Part shown: piece by piece, positions 24,601 through 36,600 of the stretch | Layout of the letters: every line of letters starts with the position of its first letter | Position numbering within the stretch: the stretch's first letter is position 1 | Source of the DNA: Haplodiscus bocki | Lineage: Eukaryota | Length of the DNA stretch: 64,000 nucleotides | Reading direction: 5' to 3' | NCBI GenBank assembly: GCA_965655095.1 | Contig: OZ296649.1 | Span: forward strand, 112,406,001 to 112,470,000 | The notes under the pieces: model-generated | Database searches by the model: none | Told to the model about the DNA's origin: nothing | What the model saw: only the letters and a program-made list of their open reading frames with translations | Translations under genes and position numbers: made by a program

Positions 24601-27600
24601 ACTCAGCTGACGTAACTGTTACGCAACAGTGTATTTTTAAATAAAATTCAACATTTGCAAGCCAGAGAAAAAACGGATACGCTTGGTTTTATTAGTATCT
24701 TCACATTCGCTTCCAATATTGAATAGGTGGCTAGGATAAATATGAGTTTGCGTTTTCGAGAATTTTTTGGTATACGCGAAGGAAATTCCAAAGTGTTTTT
24801 ATTAATTAAAGGTTTTATTGTTTTTTTTTGTCAAAAATGGCATCATTGAAAGAGAATTTCGCTCGAAAACTTTTTACTACGCATTTTGCGGAAAAATTGC
24901 TATCTTCCGCCTCAAAGAAAAATTGCTATATTCTGCCTTGAATTTTTGGCACATTTGCAGCATTTTAGAAGTTGAACTTTTAAAAGCATTTTAGAAGTTT
25001 TAGAACTTTCAAGTTTAAAATCGTTGGTAGGTTCTATGCACATGTTAAATGGATGATTTTCTTTTTAACTGTAAAATATAAAATAAATAATTAAAGATTA
25101 AAAATTAGCAACCAAATTTCGAAGTCATTTTGCAATTGCACTCGATGAGTTTTCTACTTTCACTTTTCCGCTTGTCGATATTCGACAGAGTTGCATGCGA
25201 CGAGTTTTCCCGACATTCAAAGAACTCCCTCATATAACCAGCCACTCTTTATCCTAAAGGCCCAGATAGAATTACTTTCAACAACGGTGTTAAAGTCCAC
25301 ATATTTCTTGTATTTAGGATGATGGAAGCGAGACGGAGCTTTCCAAAACGATCACATCTCCCTAGTTTTCTCCTTACTTGATAATCAACTGAAATTCCAG
25401 TGACCAATTTAAATTTTGAAGCAAAAAGTGCATCAATTTAGACAAAACTAGTCTGAAACCTTTACAATCTGATATGACATTTTCATACTTGAATGTTCAG
25501 GAGGTTTCGATTTTTAGGAGCAAGCGAAATAGTGACTTGAAATTAGTTCCCAACTTCCAACTTAACCATATAGCATTTAGAGACGGCAAAGCCATCTGAA
25601 TGCATGAAAATTCGACGTTGACACAGTGAGCATACATTTTGTGTTTGTGAACATAATGAACGCATGATTTTCAGACTTTCCACAAAGCAACAGAACTTGC
25701 GAATAGTGAAGAGGAAATAGTCAAGATAGACAAAATCAGAGTCCCATGCCCTCCAGAAATTCTGTCGGGAGTGAAAAGATCAATAAATTTATCAATATGC
25801 TTTACCTGGTCTTGTCTGTCGGCCAGCTTGGAAAGATTCACAAGATAGAAATCGATAGTCACACGCTGATAGATAAGCAACTCCTAGGGTAATGCAAAAA
25901 TCGAAACTTGTCCCCTATGTAAACTTTCACTTGTCTGTCATCAAAGCACTTGAAAGCCCCTGAGGCTCTGTTGTATGCTTAACTTGATGCTATAGGGCAC
26001 AATGAAAGAAGAAGTTGTCATGCAAGATAATGAAATATTCAAACAATTTTTTGGAATCTCAAACTCGCTTCTACTAAGTCTGTAATAAAGCATCCGAATG
26101 ATGCGGCAAACGAACTTTCAGAGATAAACAAGTCAAGAAAGCTGAATTCGGCGCCCTATGTACGTTTACTTATAATTTTTTCGGCCCCCGTTGATGTTTT
26201 GTCTTCAAGGAAATTAGACTATTTTTTTTCAAGAAAATTTAATATAACGAAGTAGTTTTGTCAAAAAAACCATCTCGTGCTGTTGGAAAATTTCGTTAAG
26301 AGAGAAAAATTGGTGTCTTGACCATTTTCAATGTTTTTTTTCTACCTCGTTTGGTTCTATGACTATTCTTCCCTTGTGAACGCTAATATATGGTACCGTG
26401 CAAAATATCTTCACTGTAATGGCCGGGCACTTCTTCATATGGAGAAAAATCGCCGAACAACATCTAGGTCGCCTAAAGTGAATTCTTTTATTGTGTTGGA
26501 ATAAAATGTAATTCGCAGTTAGATTTTGAAAACCTATTTCGTACGCGATGAACCGCCTGTGCTCGATCCAGGTTTTCATGGTAGCATTTCAAAAACTGAA
26601 CGTCTTCAAGACCTCTAAGTACAGACTAGTTTATGATACTAACTATCGTCAAGAACTTTAACGTTGAATTTCAGAGTCAGTTGCTCTGGTTCATTTCCTG
26701 GGTTCTCCAGTTTTGCTAGACATTGATAGATGCCGTTTTGCGATGCCGCTGCTTCCTTGAATACCAAATCTTTCGTCATTGTTTGATTTGGGCTAATGAA
26801 CACCCCACTTGGGAAGGTTCCGCTGTTATTCGCAGTCGCAGAAGGGACCGCTGACTCCATAAAGGACCACGAAATGCTGGGTGCCACATCTCCTGGGCCT
26901 TCGGCTTGGCACGAAATGGTGCTAGTCTCGTCAGCTTTTATGTAATGAACGAATGTTTTGTTTTCCCACACATTTGGGTTCAAAAACTTGAATCTCTCTG
27001 CAAAAACAGCAACAACACCGAATACATCATCTCATCAGTACACGAAGCTTATCTCCAATCATCAAGAGTGTAATCAAAATGTTAAGCAGCAAGAATCAAA
27101 CATGAAGCGACCGACATTAGAAGATATAAACTGCGGATTTTACAATCCCAGGCATGATAGAAATCCAATCCAAGTTCATGACATTTTTCATGCTTGCCCC
27201 GAAAAGCACCTTGATTGAGAGGAAACTCTTCTACGTGTTTCAACAAATGCTGATTCGGGACTTCAATTTGAAGCGCGTACCCTTCCATTACTTCCATTCC
27301 TTATTTTTGATTCTTACTTTTTCATGTACACAAAAATGAATTCCTTGCTATGCACATCACATTCTCCAGCATAAAAATCATCCTAGCAGTTGAAGAAATA
27401 GATTTTGTTGGTTGCTATTCTTGACAAAAATTCGTTTTCATCTTTTACATCCAAATGCTTTTGCGCTTTTCTGTTTGTTTCAATCCATCTTTTAAAGTGA
27501 CATTTAATAATTTACATGCATATATTAAATTTGCAGCTATATTAAAGACGCAAATCAAATGACAGCTCGATTCAGATTCCTTCAATGTGAAAATGGAATC

Positions 27601-30600
27601 TACCGTTCCAATGTCCGCTGTTCCCAGAGAGAACCCCAAAAGGCAGCAGCATCAACTTTTCCCTGCTCACGGGCAAGCAATCAATTGAACGACCGAGCGA
27701 GGGGTGACAATTAGCACAAGCAGCAGTAACAGTAAAGTGGAGCGATTTAGCAGCCGTGATGTGACAAAAATCAGTCGAGGTTAGCTATGCCAACTGAGCA
27801 ACATCTATAAAAGTTGAAAGTGACGGCGGCGGTGCCACGAGTAAAGTTTACACCCGGGGTTACATCAATGTTAACAGTATTTGGGGATCAAAAGGAGCAT
27901 TAAAAGCCGACTGAACTTCATTATCTTCACAATTTCCATTTTGATGCATCCTGATCCTGTTGGATTAATCTATGTTAATCACACAGAAAAACTTAATTAT
28001 ATTTTTTCTATGATTGATAAGATATGAGTTAGTGGACCAGAAGTAAAATGTCCTCAGTCAGTTGCATACAGTTTAGGAATAAGAACGAGCTAGTAAAAAG
28101 AGCAACGGATTAGTCAGTTTGCAGTAGATGGCAACTACAATAACAACAAAGCGGGCATGTTCCAATTAGGTTTAAAACGCGGGGTATTGGATTCAGATTG
28201 CATTATTAAAGGCCAGGTAAACATTACTCAAAATAATTACCCTTTGATTCCCGTTTTGGGGGAATTTCTACGTTATTTGCAACAACTTTTTCGCCGCCTT
28301 CTTCACCAGACGGGGAACTGTTAGATGAATAAGTTTGCAAGGCCGAGGGTGGAGGTTCATTTTCAGGGGAGGAATTTTGTGAAAGGGGGATTCGGCTGTT
28401 GGTAGAAGGAGTTAAAGCAATAATATTCAAAGCATGATTGGCGGCTTCATTAGCTGCATCATCATCATCATCAGCAACAGGTTGTAGGGAAATAGAAGAA
28501 GAGAAGGGGGAAGACTCTGCTGCCGCCGCCGTCGCAGCAGCAGAATCAGCAACATCCCGTCTTACCATCAGCCTTTCATTGGCCTCACTGCGGCCACCTA
28601 TTGAAGTAGTGTGACAAATAAGAATCGATGCTTTTCTTTATCCTTCTAATTCAACACAATGAAACAAGATCAAGAAGCACTGGCTGCTTTTATACCATTT
28701 CGTGCCATTATCTACCTGATCAATAATTAAGCCAAATAATTAAGTCACAAAGGAGGGTCTAAATGAAGATATGAGATAATGCCTGGGAATGAACTATAAA
28801 CATTTTTCTTTCAATCCTAATACACTAATCTTTGCATTTCCTCAAGCCATAGATGATTTGGCAATGAAAAATGCAACTTTGTGTAGGACACCCGAACAAA
28901 ATGCAGTGAACTCAAAATTTGTGACCGATTAACAAAATGAAAACTAAAACACAAATAAAGCATGCCAAAATATATAATAAATATCGCTAAGCACAATTAA
29001 CAGCAAATGATATAATTTACCCCAAGAGCCCGAACATTGATTGCCAAAAACTTCATATTTATCACCAAAAAACCTGAAAAGCAACTTAGACTGAGATTCC
29101 GTCAATTTTCACTGTGAAGCATTGTGTGAATCGAGCCGCCATTAAAATCAAAGGAATGTGAAAGGATTTCATGCCAGGTGTGTGTGACATTCAATCTTCC
29201 GCAATTGTGAAGTTCAGAATATTCGGGAGAAGCCATCTCCTGAAAATTCATACGCGCTTGGCTTTGGTTTGATCAAAATAATGAGCGTTGGGAATGGGAC
29301 CAAAATTCAGTGCACAGCTTTGTACAAATCATATTAAATAACCAAATAGTTGTCCCACCAGTTTCCCAAGTAATGCATTTCACCATTGCCCATTTGACAA
29401 TCTGCCCAATTTTTCTCAAATTTTACACGAACATTCGACAAGAATGACGAGCCTATATCAATTCGCCAGCATCTTTAAGTTCATCATGTGGAAATTCAAT
29501 CAATCATGAAAGCTCTTCAAGAAACCTGTTCTCAGTAACATTTTTGGTTCGCAGCATTTTGTTCGAGTTAGGTTTGTTAAGTTGATGAAATCTTAATCGA
29601 TTTCGTCGCAATTCATGTAATTGAAGCGTTTGCATTAACATGAAACACCCATTTTGTTTTGTCATTATTTTGGAAACGATAACTTACACAACATTAACCA
29701 AGCAAACGTCTGTGGTGACGTCGGCTATAGCTGACCACGGTTCTATTCTGTTGTTACTCATACAGAGTTTGATCATGACAGTGAGACGGAGAAAACCTTT
29801 TGGTTGTGTATTTCTAACTTGATTTCCACATGATTTAATTGGGGTAGGAAAACTTCTCGGTTGTAGTTAAAAGGGGCGAATTGACAAACGCTCTACCGCT
29901 GATTTCTTTATGTTTCGACAACAACTGTTTAAGAATAAAAAGACTTAGCCAGTCGGCTGACGACGACCCGGTTACTGTGCAAAGTGTTCTGTTTACATTC
30001 GTTCAGCCAATTAGGAGTGATTACAGCTTCTTGGTTATCAATGTGGAAGCGCAGAAATAAATACAGAAGAAAAACAACAACAGCTAATGTCAGTTAAGAA
30101 ACCAACAAAGGTTATACTGTAACAAAGGTTACACACTAATTTGAAGAAAATACAGATCTTAAAAGTGGTACCCTAATCGATTGAAAGTATATGATTAAAC
30201 TGGAAATTAAGCAAAACTCACTCAAGACATTAATGGTTAGAGTGTTGGACAGGGCAAATGAAGATATTTGAGAGAATTTGCCCAAAGCACCACACGTGAT
30301 TTTAACTGAATCGCCCGTTGAGGCATTTTTCAAGGTTAACACGTTGCCATTGTTTGATCTCTGCGATCGTTCGATCTGAAACCAACAGAGAACTCAATAA
30401 CAGACAGAAAAATGCAACCTCTACCAAATTTTTTAAGAATTGAAATGACCTATTTGGATTGATGTTGAATAGAAAATTGCGAAATTATTCACTATATTTT
30501 ATATTATAGCCGCGAAGTTTAAACCATTTCCAACAACTTCTTGCAGATGTCAATTCAGCGATAATGCTTATTTTGCTTCGATGTTTATGTTCCATCCAAG

Positions 30601-33600
30601 TCATCAAGAAAGTTCCAATTCCGCTCATACTTCTATATATTTATGAGTCATAAAGTAATAAAGTCATATAATAATTGTAGTCGTTGTAATCGATTAAGTT
30701 GATGAACTTACCAATGATTTGACAGCAGCGTCGGCATTATGATCGAAGGGTGTCCAATGAAACTCAAACAAGTCAATGTCACTTCCATTGGCCATGCACT
30801 GCAACCTCAACATTTCGCCCTCTTTGATCTCAAACGAGGTCTTCTCAGCCGGAGAAAACTTCACTATAACAGTTATTATCATCAAATCCATCGAACTAGC
30901 GACTATTTCAAACCCCAAACAAAACATTCAGGTTTCGCTAGTATTTACTCAATGTGACAATGAACTCAATTAATTAATCAAGTAGTTCTACAAATAAGGT
31001 ATTCCACACTTGAGAAAAATTATTCTTAAATTTTGCCCAGTCTCAGAAAACATCAACTTAGATTCTAACCGAAAATGATTTTAAGCAAAACACTCATTGC
31101 CTTCTCGTTTGTCCCTATATGGCATTCAAACTTCTCTCCAGGGATTGGCTTGTAAGAGGGTGGAAGATTCAACACAATTGCATTAGTTACGCTTGTCACG
31201 GTGGGTTCTCCGGGACGTGTCGAAGCACTTTCTTTTTCGCGCAGCGGCTGGTTATTTCGGAACCACGCGTACTTCGTGGGAGGTGGGTTTGCACTGCCAG
31301 CAGTGCAGATAAAGCTTGTCTCTGTAATGGTACCCCCACCGAAGTACATAGTATTGGGTTGCAAAGTTGGTGGATCCATGTCTAAAAAGCAAAACGTCAT
31401 TCTCTAATTCAAAAGCACTCCTTCATTTACACTTAACCTAAACCCATTTTCAATGTTGAGGAAAAACTAGTCATTGAGCATTGATCAAGTTATTAGACTT
31501 GACATTCAATATTGATGATTTCGGGAGAGAAACAAAAAACTGGGCCATTTGAAAGTAACTCTTGTAGATATTCTTCCACTGTTCCAAAATTTCGCGGTAT
31601 CTCCAGTCTATATTTCAAAAAAATCGCATCGCTCTCGGTGCGACCAAAATCCGGAAACTTGATTTGACTGACAGCAGTCCCAGATACAGTGTCATTCTGG
31701 TCTGCAGACCCTTTTGGACAAAAGGTGCTTTGAGATCCAAATAAACCCAGAAGGCTCAAGTCGGCGTCGCTCATAAGGCTCAGCATACTTCAAAGCGGGG
31801 AGGTTTTCCTTTTAGGGGAAAAGTTTTGGAGATCTATATCAGGTTATTTAGATAACACTTTGGACCGATGGATCTCATTTTTTTCCAAAATAAGTAGGCA
31901 GTTGGTATATTCAAGAACAGAGGCGAAGCTGGGCTTCGCAATACTTGCGCCAACGGAATGCTAGTGAACAAATCGAACAAGTATAGCTGATTTTGAAGGG
32001 GCCGTGGGACTACGAAAACTACTCATTACACAATTGAACAAATTTAATAAATTCAGTTAATTCTTATATAATCATTTCTAGGTACAAATAACAACTGCGA
32101 ACAACTATAGGAGTTAGTTAGTTCACTCTATATTTAAATAAAACAAGCACGCAAGCTGGAAAACAAGCACGCTTTTGCAAGAAAGCAAGTGCGCATAAAC
32201 AAAATCTAGGACACAAATGCGAGTTCTGAACGGATCGGAAAAAAACCTGTGACATGACACTCGCTTGCGCAAGTTAAAAACATAGCTTAGATTTGTGGGT
32301 TCGGAACGCATTTGCCCAACCCACTAAGCTACCGGGATACTATACGGACCAAAAATAATCTTCGCTAAAGCGGGTTCTTTAGCAGTAAGGCTGAAGAAAT
32401 CGAGCCCAGAATGAATCGCCTGAGTCGGGCCCCTCCCTGAGGCTCAAAGTAATCGTGACTCGTAGGAGGAGACATCAACATGTTCAATGATATCAGTCTT
32501 TTAGAGAAATTTCTGCATACCAGAGAGAGTTTTAGAAGTTCCTCGATTTTCCGCCAGAAATCCCGCAGCTTTTTTCAGCGCATAGTTAGAGTCGGCCCGA
32601 GTTTTAATAACTAATTATTAATAATGAAGCGTCCAAACTTTAATTTTCTGTCGAGGTTAGCGTATTATCGAGTTTGGCGGGTAATTACGTCATCGAAAAA
32701 AGCATGGACGGTAATTTCTTAGTATTTGCGTACAATCAAGTGGAGAAGAATCAAGGAATAGGTTGGGCCGATCAAGAAATTTTTTGATTGTTTTTCCGCA
32801 AAAAAAATGGAAACGTAGTTTTTTTTCCACGGAAATTCAGTATCCCAACAATAAGTTTAGGAATCCCTCGAATATCCATCATCGCGCAGCATTTTTGTGC
32901 GGATAATTGAGGCCGTGGCCAACTGGCAGTGGGGACGAGTTCGAGTATTTTAGTTTAAACAATAAAACGTCAGAGGTTTTTTGTCGAGGTTGGCGGATAA
33001 TTGCTCCCTCAAAAAAACTATACCAGCAAGAGTGGTGAAAACTAAACAAATTCGAAGGGTTGCCCTGTAGTTAATGCTTTGCAAAATTCGACTTTCTCAG
33101 AGCAAACGGAAAATCATTACAGCTAGCGCGTCTCACGAAAAAAAACACTTTTTTCTAAACCACCGACTAAGAACGAGCCACGCATAGCGTGGCATCTTAT
33201 TATTTTCCTCCATATTTATAACATAGGAGGAAAATCATCCGCTCAATGCAAAACTTTTTTTCACCCAATCTTCGCCAATTGATAATGTCCGATGGTCGAA
33301 ATCGGACACTTTCTGACCATGAGAAATTTTTTTACCACCGAATTGTTGCAAATTTGCCTCAGAAAGTGACTCAAACGGTAAGATTTTTCAAAACGATCAA
33401 AATTTGGGGTTTCTTTTTTGAAAAAAAAAGTTTTTCCAAAAAACCTTGAATTTTTACAAAATCGACAAATGTGGCAAATTTGCTGTAAAAGAGGTATCAA
33501 ATGGTGTGATTTTTTAAAAACGTCTTGTCCACTTTAACCGTGTTTTTTTAGCAAAAAATCAGAAAATTTTTAACGCTGGAGATATTGGAAAAAATGATAA

Positions 33601-36600
33601 AACAGAGTATTTTAAAACGATTTCTGTTTTAAAAGGCATCTTTACCGAAACGGGAAGGCGGAAAGAATGCCGTTCGTAGCCGATCATTTCGTTTTATGAC
33701 GCCTCGAATAAAATTGACAAATTTCAAAGTCTGCTCAACCCGTACAGCTCAAATACAGAGGCAAAGCCGAAATTCGCATCATATTCTGACTTTCCACTTT
33801 CAATAAAAAAGTTGACACATCAAAGGTCCTCAGACATTTTAAACTTGATCAGATACATCATTGACAATTTCAGTTGTATAACAAATGTCTATCAAAAGGT
33901 TTTTTGAAGAAGCCGAATTGAGACATGTGCCTGTCACACTGTTTTGAACTCGAAAATTTGACCTGTTGATCATGTAATTTTAAAATCATCATTCTGCAGC
34001 CGAATTCTAAAAGATATACGTAGTAAAACAACACAAAAATGAACAATCGGGAGTGTCCCAAACAGAAGTTCGTGTTAATCAACAGAGATTCAGAAAGTTA
34101 TTTCACTTTGCAATCATCAGGACTTGAGACTCTCAGTAGAAAATTCAAAAAGAAAGTTGCATAAGTTTGTTCAAATAAGTGTAAACAACTTTCGTCATCT
34201 GAACTCAAGGTGGTCATTTTCAAAATTTGAAATTCAGTGAAGGTGCCAATTTTGATGGTCGAAAGGCGGTGCGTGCCGATTAGAATGAAGTTCATGTTTT
34301 TTTCTGAAACTAAGCATTTTGAGCTCGAATTTGTTATATGTGACGTTTTTGGGGCCACCTAATACAGTGCACTCACTGTCTCTTGTATGAGCAAAAAATG
34401 CATGAAGCATTACTTTTAGAAATCTGTTGTTTTTTTTCAGACCAATGTTCAAAAATTTTTGAACCTTTCAGAACGCATAAATGAACAAACGCCCGTCAAA
34501 TTGTTCCAAAAAGGGCCTTTTTGAACGTTTACACTACAATTCTGATTTCAATTAAGTAAGCTCCAGAGCACAAATTGAGGAAATTGGCGGCTCATTTTCT
34601 CAAACCACAATGACTTCACGAAGAAACAGTAAAAGCAAAATTTTCTTTGACTTTTCATTAAGATTTTAATTGAATTTTGTTTTGAAATCGGGCCAATAGT
34701 CGGACAGTTAAGTCTATCCCAATTTTGGCCCTTTTTGATCACATTTGAGTTTTTCCGAAAACCACGTAAACTACGGAAGACACAGGAAAATGTTGATACA
34801 AATTCGAAATTTTGAATCTTTCCGAAAATTTTAAAATGTTCTAGAAAATCAACTCCTTAAAAACTAACGCTACTTAAGTGAATTTTCTAAATATTCAGTG
34901 ATAAAAAACTTTACCTTTTTCGCAGCTCAAAAGTCACAAAATTGTTAAACCTAAAAGCTTTTGGAGAGATTGTAAGCTCTACAACGGTGCATACGGAGGA
35001 CTGAGGCTTTGAAACTATAATACATGGATAACAACACATCACAATCTAGGAAGAACGAGAGTTTTCAACGAAAATGAACTTCGGGTGGATTCTAAAGTTT
35101 CATTTCAGCTCATTAAACCCGTCAATCGATTTAGTCGATCGAAAATCTGCAAAAATTCAAAGTGGTGAAAAATGAACAAGATGGGGGTCTCAAACTCTTT
35201 GACTAATGATTCGGTTTTCACCAAACCAAAACCTAGGTGATCCTACCAAGATTCTAAGAAGCTTTTGTTTAAACTTTTTCTAAACCTCTTATTTTTTGAG
35301 ATGTTGAGCTTCAAAAACGTCAACTGTTGCACAGAAGTTCCTCTGGTGGCTTCGGTGTTTGAAAAACTATACGCTAAGTTGCAATTCGAGCAATTTAAAA
35401 AACAAGACGCCCGGCTACAACCGGCATATTTTGCGCCTTCCCAAATTGGTAAAGATGCAATTTTGAAAGATGAAAACGTTTTTTCCTCGAAAAAAAACTT
35501 TTTCTTCACATTTTCTAATTTTTCCAAAGTTCAAAGTTTTCTGTTTTTTTTTGCCAAATAAACCTCATGATGAGGGCTGAAAAGACATTTTTAAGAAATA
35601 TCACCAAATGATACATACTCTACAGCAAATTTACTACCTTTACCGATTTTAAAAATGCAAGATTTTTTTTCGAAAAACCCATCTATTTTTTTAACAAAAC
35701 CAAATTTTGAACGTTTTGAGAAATCTTACTATTTTCGTCGCATTCTAGGGCAAATTTGTTACAATTTGATGAAAAAATTGACCTTCAAACACGTGAACAA
35801 CCGATGTTGGCTCCTTTACGTGAGCTCAATTGGCAAACATCGGGTAAAAAAACGCACCCATTTGAGAAAAATTTTGCTTTCCATATTTTCAAAATGGCGC
35901 AAAATAACAAGACGGCTGGCTACCACCGGCAAATTTTCCACCCACCAATTTTGTTAAAGATGCCTTCTAAGAAGATGATCGCGATTTCTTTCCAAAAATA
36001 CTCTTCCATCAAATTTTGTTAATTTTCCAAATTCAAAAAAAAGTTTTTTTTGCAAAGAAACCTGACAATCAAGGTAGAAAAGACATTTCCAAGAAATAAT
36101 ATCATTTGATACGCATTCAACAGCAAATTTGCCATCTTTACCGATTTTGACAAAAATTCCCGTATGTATTTGAGAAATCTTACTATTTCTGTCGCATTCT
36201 ATCGCAAATTTGCTATAATTTAGTGATGAAAAATTTTCGGACCTTTTACGTTTCTTCCCCCCCCCCAGCGGATTATTTCCCCCCAGTCGACGCTGTAGCT
36301 GCTGCTACCAGTGTACATGTATTTATTCAATGAATACGTCTTTCGCGAGTCAGTAGACAGTGCACACAATTCACAAATCTCAAGTACCTTCCAAGAAGCT
36401 CACTACTTGCTGAAGCTAGTTAAAATAAACAAACAGGTATTTGCAATAACTCTATTAAGCAAAAACTTGAACCATACTGCTCAGCTGAGCATATCAGCTA
36501 GGGGGGGATAATAATTTAATATTTTTGTCAGTAGGGCTGGGGAGGAAGAAACGGAAAAGACCCAATTTTTCAAATTCAGAATAGTCCCCCTGTCATTCTG

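Noticed and set aside
23050-24985. Short direct duplications (~23053/23074, 23350/23378, 24892/24919, 24960/24987)
   Set aside because: Two-copy slippage-type duplications with no spacer-array structure; not CRISPR-like.
32910-32950. tRNA-like A-box/B-box (TGGCCAACTGG...GTTCGAGT); similar A-box-like sequence at ~20828
   Set aside because: Box spacing is too short and there is no cloverleaf; at most a decayed SINE head.
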